The notes beneath the pieces are model-generated. The model was not told where the DNA came from. It worked only from the letters and a program-made list of their open reading frames with translations, and did not search any database. From Macrostomum lignano (Eukaryota), in contig NIVC01000344.1 in assembly GCA_002269645.1 (NCBI GenBank), positions 186,001 through 250,000 of the forward strand: a stretch of DNA of 64,000 nucleotides, in the 5' to 3' direction. The position numbers and the translations under genes are program-made. Shown here in pieces: positions 12,427 to 24,486 of the stretch (positions within the stretch are counted from its first letter, which is position 1; every line of letters starts with the position of its first letter).

Positions 12427-13368
12427 CACCTGCTGATAAAAATAGCACCTGCTGATAAAAATGGCACCCGCTGATAAAAATGGCACCAACTGATAAAAAT
12501 AGCACCCGCTGATAAAAATGGCAACCACTGATAAAAATGGCACCCACTGATAAAAATGGCACCCACTGGTAAAAATGGCAACCACTGATAAAAATGGCAA
12601 CCACTGATAAAAATGGCAACCACTGATAAAAATGGCACCCACTGATAAGAATGGCACCAACTGATAAAAATGCCACCCGCTGGTAAAAATGGCAACCACT
12701 GATAAAAATGGCACCCACTGATAAAAATGGCACCCACTGATAAAAATGGCAACAACTGATAAAAATCGCACCCAATGAAAAAAATGGCACCCAGCTGAAA
12801 AAAATGGCACCCACTGATAAAAATGGCACCCACTGGTAAAAATGGCAACCACTGATAAAAATGGCAACCACTGATAAAAATGGCAACCACTGATAAAAAT
12901 GGCACCCACTGATAAGAATGGCACCAACTGATAAAAATGCCACCCGCTGGTAAAAATGGCAACCACTGATAAAAATGGCACCAACTGATAAAAATGGCAC
13001 CCACTGATAAAAATGGCAACAACTGATAAAAATCGCACCCAATGAAAAAAATGGCACCCAGCTGAAAAAAATGGCATCCACTGATAAAAATGGCACCCAC
13101 TGATAAAAATGGCACCCACTGATAAAAATGGCACCCACTGATAAAAATGGCACCCACTGATAAAAATGGCACCCACTGATAAAAATGGCACCCACTGGTA
13201 AAAATGGCAACCACTGATAAAAATGGCACCCACTGATAAAAATGGCAACCACTGATAAAAATGGCACCCACTGATAAAAATGGCACCCAATGAAAAAAAT
13301 GGCACCCGGCTGATAAAAATGGCACCCACTGATAAAAATGGCACCAACTGAAAAAAATGGCACCCGCT
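12427..13368. repeat. 19-bp minisatellite array A
   Basis: TGATAAAAATGGCACCCAC with variants. The 19-aa periodic ORFs on the minus strand are artefacts. Confidence 0.95.
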
Positions 13369-14214
13369 GTTATAAAAGGCACCCACATCCCACCGATAAA
13401 GAAGGCAGCCACTGGCAAAAATGGCACCCAATTTTTTTGGCACCGCAGGCACTCATTCTGACCATTTTGAATTTTAATCAAGCTGTTTGTTTTGTTCATT
13501 TAAAAGTCCATTTTCTTAGCACCGACCACTGCTTATACTGTGGGGGTGGGGCTTGCCCTCCCCTGCCGCTCCCCTGTCCCAACCCCGATCACTTATTTAG
13601 TTCTAACAATAAAGATGAACCAAATAGATATAGAGAAACGGAGACAAAAACTTTGAAAAAGAAATTATGACTTCTGATGAAGAGTTGGAGACACGATGCT
13701 GCAAGGTGTAGCAGAAGCGCCAATATTCTTCGAGTCTCTGGCGCCGGCGGTCCTGGCAGCGGACTCAAACAGACTCAATAGAGTGCTCGAATGTAACAGG
13801 GGGGTGAGGAGTTAGATGAGGGTTGTAAAACTTCAGGGCCACGTGAGTGCTGCTCAGAACTCAGGGCCGGAGTTGTTACGCATGCGCGTATTTAATCTGG
13901 TGAGCGGCATGCAAATGATGCTGTGCGCACTCGGTCGACCTGAATAGGCAGGGTGGCAGGGAGTTGAGCAAAAGAGCTGCAAAGTAAAACACTTCTGGCC
14001 CTTGAGTCTGTGCTCAAGGTGTTGGATAGATCATGGCAAATCTTTAGTTAATGAAGTTGTTGTGTAATTACTTTTGACTTAATAATGCGATCATTTAAAT
14101 TGTTCATAGATCCTCGTTGGGTAATAATTCGAGGTTTTTATCAACTGAATTTTAAATAAAATAAAATAAAACGTATCCCTATGATTTTTAATGGCAACTG
14201 GTTTGCGTGGCTAA

Positions 14215-14820
14215 TGATAAAAATGGCACCCGGCTGATAAAAATGGCACCCGGCTGATAAAAATGGCACCCACTGGTAAAAATGGCACCCACTGATAAAA
14301 ATGCCACCCGCTGATAAAAATAGTACCCACTGGTAAAAATGGCACCCACTGGTAAAAATGGCACCCACTGGTAAAAATGGCACCCACTGATAAAAATCGC
14401 ACCCACTGATAAAAATGGCACTCGCTCATAAAAATGACACCCACTGATAAAAATGGCACTCAATGATAAAAATGGCACCCACTGATAAAAATGGCACTCA
14501 ATGATAAAAATGGCACCCACTGATAAAAATGGCACTCGCTCATAAAAATGACACCCACTGATAAAAATCGCACCCACTGATAAAAATGGCACCCACTGAT
14601 AAAAATGGCACCCACTGTAAAAATGATACTCAATGATAAAAATGGCACCCACTGATAAAAATGGCACTCGCTCATAAAAATGACACCCACTGATAAAAAT
14701 GATACTCAATGATAAAAATGGCAACCACTGATAAAAATGACACCCACTGATAAAAATGGCACCCGCTCATAAAAATGGCACTCACTGATAAGAATGGCAC
14801 TCACTGATAAAAATGGCACC
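14215..14820. repeat. 19-bp minisatellite array B (same unit and orientation as A)
   Basis: TGATAAAAATGGCACCCAC, more diverged than array A. Confidence 0.95.
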
Positions 14821-15294
14821 ACATACAATAAACTAATGGCAGCCAAGGTTAAAAATGGCGCACAACCTATACCTTTCTTATACCCTATAGGATTAAAAAT
14901 GACAGTTTTGAGATAAATACTTCTGCACTGGAATATTGATTTGCTTTGGATCAGGCCTCAGACACAAGTTTACAAGAAAATGAATTTTTCTTATCATATG
15001 CTCAGCTAGTCGGGTTGCCAGGGCTTGGCCAGCCAAGATGAAGGGACTCAACTAACTGACACCCGTTCAACTGGGGAGGTTAATAAACATTGGGGAATTA
15101 TTCCTCAAGGCACTCGGATATAGACTCGCCGACTGACTTCTAGTTTTGTTAATAATTAATTAGAGTTCGGAACTCCGGAGCAGATTGAGCCTGTCTGTTT
15201 TGATGAGACGCATCTGCCATCCCATTATGGACAGTTGTGGATCGCAGGTCGAGCCAAGGAGACCAAGAGGCTGAGCCTGGACTGGCAATTCATT

Positions 15295-15607
15295 GCAGAA
15301 TCCGCCCCTTCCATTGCAAACCCTGCAGAATCCGCCCCTTCCATTGTAAACCCTGCAGAATCCGCCCCTTGTATTTTACACACTGCAGAATCCAGCCCTT
15401 CCATTGCAAACCCTGCAGAATCCGCCCCTTCCATTGTAAACCCTGCAGAATCCGCCCTTCCATTGTAAACCCTGCAGAATCCGCCCCTTCCATTGTAAAC
15501 CCTGCAGAATCCGCCCCTTCCATTGCAAACCCTGCAGAATCCGCCCCTTCCATTGCAAACCCTGCAGAATCCGCCCCTTACATTGCAAACCCTGCAGAAC
15601 CTGCCCC
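15295..15607. repeat. 30-bp minisatellite, about 10 copies
   Basis: GCAGAATCCGCCCCTTCCATTG(C/T)AAACCCT. Confidence 0.95.
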
Positions 15608-15787
15608 GTCCACATAAAGCACTTTGAAACTGAAAGCATAATCTAAAGCAAAGCTTTCAAATTGAAACTATCAAACCCCATGTGAAACTCGTGATGCGGC
15701 GGTCTGAGCCTAAAATTAGCGAACTGTTGTACACAGACCGGCTATCATTCTGCTTGTTCTAATCTAGATTTGCTTTGAATTTCACAG

Positions 15788-15922
15788 ACAGTTCCAAAAT
15801 TTCTGGTCCAGCTGGCGGCCTCCTTGAGGATGCCACCTGGAGCTGAGGCGCCACCGACGCTGGCCAGACCAGACGACAAGTTCGAGAAGGCGTTTCGTCG
15901 CGCCTCTGTCGCCGCAGCTGCA

Positions 15923-15961
<39 letters not shown>

Positions 15962-15997
15962 CGCCCGCCCGGCCACCCGCCAAGGAAGACATTGTAA
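15788..15997 (+). other. GC-rich poly-Ala exon-like island (strand unresolved)
   Basis: Plus strand: TTTCACAG acceptor, then TVPKFLVQLAASLRMPPGAEAPPTLARPDDKFEKAFRRASV(A16)TRPPGHPPRKTL*. The minus strand is also open (ORF 15745-16182). No partner exon found. Confidence 0.3.
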
Positions 15998-17051
15998 AAT
16001 ACTAAAAACACCCATTCCCACCAAACAGCTTCCACATTTGCTTTCAACCCTGCCCCGAAAGGCACTTTAAATAGGCAACTTTCTCTCTTAGCCCCATTCC
16101 CCACCTGGCTGACGGATATGAAAATCTGGACAAGGCTCAAGGACATCTTCAACAAAAGTCTGGACTGTAAACGCTTGAACAAACCTTCAATTTAACCGAT
16201 TGACCAGTTGTTTTATTCGTTTAAAGTATTTAAACTATCAGAAATTCTATTTGATTCTATTGAATGAAAAACCCAGTTCTAGTAACTAATGCCAACAATA
16301 AGCGCTGCACCATATTCTGGCTCCAGGGCCTCCATGGACAGGATCATTCGCATACGCCATAACCTGTTGCCGGACAAGCGGCATCCCCAAACCCAGCCCA
16401 GCAACAGCCGTCGGATGGGGACTGCACTGCACTGTCACACCGAGCCGACAGACCACTGGCTATCACCATGGGGAAGGGGGTGACGGCTGCTTGTGGCGAC
16501 GGCATGTCGGGAAGCGAGTTTTGATATCTGAGAGCGTTATCTCCCCACCTGCAGTAAATGCACAGATCCCAATCAGCAATTCTGGTCCCTGTTGAAGCAC
16601 AGCATGAATGCCCATCAATGCCGCCACCCACACCCGGGACATTAAAGACGCAATTCAAATTCGGTCAATTTGAACTCCGCAAATAATAATAATAATAATA
16701 ACACGAGTAACTGCGCAAATTCGACCTTTTCTTTCAAAGTTTTGATATGCGTGTATTTGTTATTATCGCGTAAGGATTAGTGATGAAGTTCGGTGCCCGC
16801 CTGGCAACAAGCATCAGGCCCCGAGGTGCATAAAATTTATGTACAATATGAGATAACACCAGTTAGCTGAGAGAATGCTTTAGTTTTAATGAAAAAAAGA
16901 GAAAACACAATGAGATCAAAGTCACAGTGACGCTGCAGAATTACTCTGAGACAGGTTTTTCCATAATAATTAGCAAGCAGTTGAAGTGCAACTGGTGAAG
17001 CTGAAGCAAATTTATTAGTATTAATTTTGTTTCTGCGTTTATCTCCTTAGC

Positions 17052-20000
17052 TTAGCCGTCAAATGGCCGAAAGATGGCGCCAGACTTCCCGCCGGCGGCA
17101 GTTGCGTCTTTCGCTGACGTCGCCAAGGCCGCACCTGCCGTCGTGCAGGCGAGCGAAGCTGCAGCAGGCATCGGCAGCTGCGGCCTCCAGCCAGCCGCAT
17201 TGTGTTGGTGATGCAGCGGCATCGACGGCATCTGCGGCATCGGCGCTGGCGGCGGCGGCGGCGGAGGTGGCGGCGGCGGAGCGAGAGGCAGCCCGACAGC
17301 CCTGGCATAGCTGGCGGCGGCCATCACAGCGGCCATCGCCGTGGCAGCGCTCGCCGCAGAGCTTGCTGACGATTCTATCGAGTCTCCGGCAACGCCGCCG
17401 TTCGCTTCGACGTCTCCGCCGACGCCGATGCTGGTCGGCTGAGTCAGGGTCGGCGACGGAATCTGCGGCGGATTGGCGCCGATAGAGACGCAGTAGTGAT
17501 AGACCGAGGCCGCCCGCACCAGGTAGGTGTACAGCTGCGGGTTGGCCACTGCGGGTTGGGATGGGTTGGGGTTGCTTTGTAGAGCGCTGTTAGAGGGTGT
17601 TAGACATGTGTCTCTGTGGAGTAGAAATGTGTCTGTGGATTAGAAATGTGTCTGTGGATTAGAAATGTGTCTGTGGATTAGAAATGTGTCTGTGGATTAG
17701 AAATGTGTCTGTGGATTAGAAATGTGTCTGTGGATTAGAAATGTGTCTGTGGATTAGAAATGTGTCTGTGGATTAGAAATGTGTCTGTGAATTAGATAAA
17801 AATGTGTCTGTGGGCTAGATTAGAAATGTGTCTGTGGATTAGAAATGTGTCTGTGGATTAGAAATGTGTCTGTGGATTAGAAATATGTCTGTGGATTAGA
17901 AATGTGTCTGTGGATTAGAAATGTGTCTGTGGATTAGAAATGTGTCTGTGAATTAGATAAAAATGTGTCTGTGGATTAGAAATGTGTCTCTGGATTAGAA
18001 ATGTGTCTGTGGATTAGAAATGTGTCTGTGGATTAGAAATGTGTCTGTGGATTAGAAATGTGTCTGTGGATTAGAAATGTGTCTGTGGATTAGAAATGTG
18101 TCTGTGGATTAGAAATGTGTCTGTGAATTAGATAAAAATGTGTCTGTGGATTAGAAATGTGTCTGTGGATTAGAAATGTGTCTGTGGATTAGAAATGTGT
18201 CTGTGGATTAGAAATGTGTCTGTGGATTAGAAATGTGTCTGTGGATTAGAAATGTGTCTGTGGATTAGAAATGTGTCTGTGGATTAGAAATGTGTCTGTG
18301 AATTAGATAAAAATGTGTCTGTGGATTAGAAATGTGTCTGTAGATTAGATTAGAAATGTGTCTGTAGATTAGATTAGATTAGAAATGTGTCTGTGGGTTA
18401 GATTAGATTAGAAATGTGTCTGTGGGTTAGATTAGATTAGAAATGTGTCTGTAGATTAGATTAGAAATGTGTCTGTAGATTAGATTAGATTAGAAATGTG
18501 TCTGTGGGTTAGATTAGATTAGAAATGTGTCTGTGGGTTAGATTAGATTAGAAATGTGTCTGTAGATTAGATTAGAAATGTGTCTGTGGGTTAGATTAGA
18601 TTAGAAATGTGTCTGTAGATTAGATTAGAAATGTGTCTGTGGGTTAGATTAGATTAGAAATGTGTCTGTAGATTAGATTAGAAATGTGTCTGTAGGTTAG
18701 ATTAGATTAGAAATGTGTCTGTGGGTTAGATTAGATTAAAAATGTGTCTGTGGGTTAGATGAGATTAGAAATGTGTCTGTGGATTAGATTAGATTAGAAA
18801 TGTGTCTGTAGGTTAGATGAGATTAGAAATGTGTCTGTGGATTAGATTAGATTAGAAATGTGTCTGTGGGTTAGATTAGATTAAAAATGTGTCTGTGGAT
18901 TAGATTAGATTAAAAATGTGTCTGTGGATTAGATTAGATTAGAAATGTGTCTGTGGGTTAGATTCTGCTCTCACTCACCAGCCAAGTTGTACGGCCAGCT
19001 CTGCGCTATCCGCTGCCGCTTGTCCTTCATCCGGCGATTCTGGAACCACACCTTGATGGTGCTCTCAGGCAGCCCGAGCTGGGTGGCCAGCTCGCACCGT
19101 CTCGGCCTGGACACGTACGACTCGCGCCGGTACTCTTTCTCCAGGCGGTCCAGCTGCTCCCGGCTGAAGGCTGTGCGGTACCGCTTGAGGTTTGGGTCAT
19201 CGGCCGCGCCGCCGAGGCCACCAGAGGACTGGTGACTCATTGAACCGCCTGCTCCGCTGCCGACGCCGACGCCCATGATGCCGTCGCTAAAGTCGTTAGT
19301 CGGCGAGGAGCAGCCGCTGGCCTGGTCTGCAAGTGAAACGGTTGGTTAAGCAAGTTGCAGAAAATTATGTGCTGTCTCTTTTTGTTCAAGAAAATCAAGG
19401 ATGAGCTCAGAAAAATTCACTGATTTTTAGGAAGTGGCGATTGGGGCTCAGGAATGTGAGCGGGGTTCAGGAAGGGTCAGTGGGTTCAGAAAGGGTTGTG
19501 GGGTTCAGAAAGGGTCAGTGGGTTCAAGATGGGTGGTGGGGTTCAGTAAGTGGCGATTGGGGTTCAGGAAGTCTCGATTGGGGTTTAGGAATGATGAGTG
19601 AGGTTCAGGAAGGGTGGGTGGGGTTCAGGAAGGGTGGGTGGGGTTCAGGAAGGGTGGGTGGGGTTCAGGAAGGGTGGGTGGGGTTCAGGTAGGGTGGGTG
19701 GGATTCAAGAAGGGTGGGTGGAGTTCAGGAAGGGTGAGTGGGGTTCAGGAAGGGTGGTTGGGGTTCAGGTAGGGTGGGTGGGGTTCAGGAAGGGTGGGAT
19801 TCAGGAAGGGTGGGTGGGATTCAGGAAGGGTGAGTGGGGTTCAGGAAGGGTGGGTGGGGTTCAGGAAGAGTCAGTTGGTTCAGGAAGGGTGGGTGGGGTT
19901 CAGGAAGGGTGGGTGGGGTTCAGGAAGAGTCAGTTGGTTCAGGAAGGGTGGGTGGGGTTCAGGAAGGGTGGGTGGGGTTCAGGAAGAGTGGGTGGGGTTC

Positions 20001-21396
20001 AGGAAGGGTGGGTGGGGTTCAGGAAGGGTGGGTGGGGTTCAGGAAGGGTGGGTGGGGTTCAGGAAGAGTCAGTTGGTTCAGGAAGTCCCAGGTTAGTGGA
20101 GTTCAAACAGTCAGGTGTCCCTTCGCCTTTCTGCAATTGTTCTATACTTAAAGACAATTTTAAACTGAAAACGTTAATCTGTCGGATTTCTCTGGAAAAT
20201 TGCACAATCAGCCTGACATATTACAAGCACATTGCAAGACCTGTAGGGCACACAGCTCTTACATACACATACTGCAACATATACAACTGCTATAAACACA
20301 CCGATGGACCAGATAACACTCACAAACAAGCTCAATTGTTTTACCGTTTAGCAAGCAATTTTCGACTTCCCTTCCCCCCCTCTCTCTCTTTTCTCCCTAA
20401 AGGTGATAGCAGTGATTGTTTGATAGGCCCAGAGCTGTGCAAGGTGAGAGAGGAAGTGCTCCAATGTTGAGACTATTGTTGCGCCACCTTGCCAGAGTCA
20501 ATTGTGGATGCCCTCTGGGGAATTGAAGCTCTGCACAAAAGAGTGCATGCTTCCCCTTTCGAAGAGTTGCGTCGATATCATATCTCGAATCCCTATCAGT
20601 GCGGAGGAGCAGATAGATAGCTGTAAATTGCCGGGCATTATTTGTGTGACCAGTTGCCCTTCTGCCTATCCGCCCACATGGAACTCATGGAACCTGGCTG
20701 CCAAAACACCGGAAGGAACCGACAAGCGTGCAGGAGAGCTCCGTGTATACAAGTGTCATAAAATTGTCCCCTGCTCCTCACTCTTCAATCTTTGAGATCT
20801 TTCAACGTCAAGGACAAGAATTTTATTGATACCCCATGCAACCCCCCACCACAATGTCTGTCTGTACCTGTCTTATAGAAATCAGTGACAACTGGATGGC
20901 CTGGGCATTATGGGGGGTGATAATATTGTGCTCAAAGCTCGATGCATTCCGAGACCAGATGGAGGCAGCGGTGACCAAACACAGCTGACAGGCAGGCCGC
21001 TCCCACGAGCTTATAAACCGAACCGAGTATGCATGCAGGATAAAAATCAATAAAAACACTCCGACCGAAGACTAATGGGAGGAGTCAGTGCGCAGGCTGG
21101 GGGACTGCAGGATCTGCGCTCTGCTTGTAAAAGCAATGGGTCATGGATTGCAGGCTGTATCTTTATTTCGATCGTGCAATTACGACTGTCATCATGTATG
21201 AAGTTCTTTATGCGATCCGCTTCAGATGTTTGTCACTTTTCCCAGTTCCCAATCGCAGCCATGACTCACCATGTCCCGCGTCGCTCAGGCTTGACGACGG
21301 CTCGGCCGTGTCGTCGGGGTCGCCGTCGGAGATCGGGCGGTCCATCCCGGACAGAAGAAAGTCCGCCTGCCGCCGCTGCTGTCTGTAACTGGCCAT
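17052..21396 (-). CDS. evx: Even-skipped (Evx) homeobox transcription factor, 3 coding exons, 323 aa
   Basis: complement(join(17052..17548,18979..19326,21270..21396)). Both donors are GTGAGT, acceptors are TTGCAG and CCGCAG, and both introns are phase 1. Homeodomain [60 protein letters not shown]. It is followed by [11 protein letters not shown] (compare Evx WP.PADP.FYTYM), Ala/Pro tracts and a C-terminal IFRPF. The start codon is less certain: there is an in-frame stop at 21462 and an upstream exon is possible. Confidence 0.92.
17600..18963. repeat. 19-bp minisatellite filling evx intron 2
   Basis: TAGAAATGTGTCTGTGGAT. Units toward 18963 gain extra TTAGA pentamers. Confidence 0.97.
18979..19326 (-). 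CDS. evx: evx exon 2 containing the entire homeobox
   Basis: Diagnostic Evx residues [16 protein letters not shown] and [14 protein letters not shown]. Confidence 0.97.
19442..20085. repeat. 20-bp G-rich minisatellite in evx intron 1
   Basis: GGGGTTCAGGAAGGGTGGGT. Confidence 0.95.
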
Positions 21397-21539
21397 GATG
21401 GAGATCAGCGTGTCCTTGATAATATCAACAGAAATCAAATCCACCGTTCGATAGATGCTTCACTGAGAAATTTAATTTGTCAAACTTCAAATTAAATAGA
21501 CGGGTTGGCAGAGGGGGGAGATGAGGTGGCGGGTGAGGC

Positions 21540-21600
21540 TGCGGCCAATGAGCAGTTCGGTTCGGACTGGCGACAATCAGACGTCTCTCATTGGCTGAGC
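21540..21600 (-). promoter_or_regulatory. Possible evx proximal promoter with paired CCAAT boxes
   Basis: CCAAT at 21545 (+) and 21590-21594 (-), about 150-200 bp upstream of the ATG. Motif match only. Confidence 0.2.
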
Positions 21601-22047
21601 CTGACTCCGCAATTAAACTGTTTTGCAATATTGTGAACTGCTTTTGATGCTTGCGAAATTGCTAGATGAAAGAAACCATAAGCCAGTTAGAGGCTACAGG
21701 CGTGTTATCAGCAACAACTGATATCTGGTTTTTCCTCGAGGCTTAAGGAAACCGCTTCCCTGTTGAGCGGCCACTCATGGCTGCTAACGGACCTTGTTAA
21801 CTATAGCGTGTTGTAACGTTTCTTAGAGGTGCCCTGAAATAGGGAAGTGGTGAACTGTAATGCTGATGCATGCAGGATGCTTTAGCAGGTTCATTAAATT
21901 TTGTCATACAGTGAGCCTCAAAGCACTACTCTTTCCAACTTATTCAGTCATTTAGGCCATCCTTTTGACGGCGCAATAACTCTTGAAGTCAGGTTTCAGT
22001 TAGCGCCACAATCCCCAGAGTTCCTCAGTCGGCGCTTCTACACCTTA

Positions 22048-22284
22048 TCTGAAGTTGGCGCCACAAGCTCTTTAGCTGATGTGAAGTTGGCGCCACAAGA
22101 CCTTAGCTCATCATCTAAAGTTGGCGCCACAAGCCGCTATAACCCGTCTGAAGTTGGCGCCACAAGCCTCATAGATGATCTGAAATTGGCGCTACAAGCC
22201 TCATAGATGATCTGAAGTTGGCGCCACAAGCCCCTATAACCCATCTGAAGTTGTTCATAGCTTATCTAAGTTGGCGCCACAAGC
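22048..22284. repeat. Diverged about 33-bp minisatellite with a constant TCTGAAGTTGGCGCCACAAGC core
   Basis: About 8 units with a 21-bp core and 11-13-bp variable linkers. Confidence 0.85.
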
Positions 22285-23010
22285 CGAGTCTGCAGCAATA
22301 GAAACCCCAGCAGCTGTCTCTCACACCATCTGTCAATCGCTAGCGGTTTGCATCGGGATGCAGAGATCGGCAAACAAAATTGAATACTCCGAGCCCCCCC
22401 CCCCGCGACTGCATAATCCAAGGATGCCCTGGCCCGACCTCCCTGACAATAATGAAGCATGATACGGCATGATAGATCAGTCCTTCGGGATCTGGAAACC
22501 TCCAAAGTATTAGAAATGAATTGCTGGATGGATCAATGACTGATAGAGGAGTGATTGGTGCCCGGGATTTCCTGTCTGTCAGATTCTTGAGCAGCAGAAG
22601 ATTCTAGATTAGCAATATGCACAATGCAAGTCAAGCGAGAGTATTGATGAAGCTCAAATGGAGGAGAAAGTTAGCAGCAGTTTATATAATATATAGATAA
22701 ACTTGCCGCTAGCTTAATCGCTGAGTTCAGTCAGCTGAGTAGGCATAGGGTGTGTTGTGAGTTGAGAGTCGCGAGTTGAGAAGGCTCATCTCTATAATCC
22801 CTGTCTGTTCCTCCTATAGCTTTGATAATCCCTTTCACAAGTGAGACACACAGAGGCGGAGCTAAGGTTAACTGATAGTGGGGAATTAGGCTTAGGAGAA
22901 ATGAGAAATTGAGATAAATTCCCAGTTTCATTGAATGAAACTGGCGCATCTTTGATTTGGAAACAGAGCGCACAACTTGGAGTCCTGAGGTCTCTTAGTG
23001 ACCTGAGGTG

Positions 23011-23256
23011 TGTCTGGCGCCCCTTGAGGTCTGTCTGGCGCCCCTTGAGGTCTGTCTGGCGCCCTGAGGCGTGTCTGGCGCCCCTGATGACTATTTGGCG
23101 CCCCTGATGACTATTTGGCGCCCTTGATGACTATTTGGCGCCACTGTACTGGTGTCTATTTGGCGCCCCTGATGACTATTTGGCGCCCTTGATGACTATT
23201 TGGCGCCCCTGATGACTATTTGGCGCCACTGGTGTCTATTTGGCGCCCCTGATGAC
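23011..23256. repeat. About 20-bp minisatellite with a TGGCGCC core, 12 copies
   Basis: Four GTCTGGCGCCCCTTGAG-type units, then eight CTATTTGGCGCCCCTGATGA-type units. Confidence 0.9.
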
Positions 23257-23832
23257 TTTTTGTCGATCTAAATTAGATTTGATAAAGAGAATTTATTCGT
23301 TCGCTAACGAATTATTTATAAGTTGGCACTTGTTTTTCCTACTATGAGTAGGCAGCCTAGTTTTTCCCTTATAGCCCTTCACAGGTCCAAGGAAACATCG
23401 ATTCTTTGAAAGACTCACTAGAAGAACAGCAAATATTCTTATAGAACCACCAATTTCTAGAATCAAACGTGCCTACGTGTAGACTCCTAGAATTACTCAC
23501 CATTCGAATCGCCCATTTATAAAACCACACAGTCCTAGAATAACACATTCCTATTATAAGAATCATCTATATATAGAATCTCCTATATCCTGGAATTGCT
23601 GAGTTCCTAGAATTATCTTATTCTTAGAATCCCTCAATAGTTCCATTTTCTAGAAATGCCCATTTCCTAGAATCACCCGTTTGCTAGAATCACCCGTTTC
23701 CTAGAATCACATGTTTCCTAGAATCACCTGTTTTCTGGAACCACCGTTTCCTAAAATCAATAATTTTCTTAGAATCGCCCGTTCCCTAGACTCGGGTATT
23801 TACTAGAATCATCCCTATCCTATAATCACTTG

Positions 23833-24486
23833 TTTCCTAGAATTACCCATTTCCTAGAATTACCCATTTCCTAGAATTACCCATTTCCTAGAATTACCCA
23901 TTTCCTAGAATTACCCATTTCCTAGAATTACCCATTTCCTAGAATTACCCATTTCCTAGAATTACCCATTTCCTAGAATTACCCATTTCCTAGAATTACC
24001 CATTTCCTAGAATTACCCATTTCCTAGAATTACCCATTTCCTAGAATTACCCATTTCCTAGAATTACCCATTTCCTAGAATTACCCATTTCCTAGAATTA
24101 CCCATTTTCTAGAATTACTTATTTCCTAGAATTACCCATTTCCTAGAATTAACCATTTCCTAGAATTACCCATTCCCTAGAATTACCCATTTTCTAGAAT
24201 TACCCATTTCCTAGAATTACCAATTTCCTAGAATTACCCATTTCCTAGAATTACCCATTTCCTAGAATTACCCATTTCCTAGAATTATCCATTTCCTAGA
24301 ATTACCCATTTTCTAGAATTACCCGTTTTCTAGAATTACCCATTTCCTAGAATTACCCATTTCCTAGAATTACCCATTTCCTAGAATTACCCATTTCCTA
24401 GAATTACCCATTTCCTAGAATTACCCATTTCCTAGAATTACCCATTTCCTAGAATTAACCGTTTCCTAGAATTACCCATTTCCTAA
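23833..24486. repeat. 17-bp minisatellite
   Basis: CCTAGAATTACCCATTT, about 38 copies, with a decayed flank from about 23430. Confidence 0.95.

Noticed and set aside
12365-14724. 330-370-aa hydrophobic Cys-rich ORFs
   Set aside because: Open in all three minus-strand frames because the 19-bp unit lacks stops; artefact.
15235-15300. WIAGRAKETKRLSLDWQFIA resembling the pre-M4 segment of Cys-loop receptors
   Set aside because: Spacing is wrong, it runs directly into the 30-bp repeat, and no VxDR, M4 or other channel exons were seen.
16289-16660. Short ORFs and a possible LINE-like remnant
   Set aside because: No convincing motif on either strand.
22048-22284. CRISPR-like repeat-spacer appearance
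   Set aside because: Eukaryotic context, linkers only 11-13 bp and related to each other, and no cas genes.
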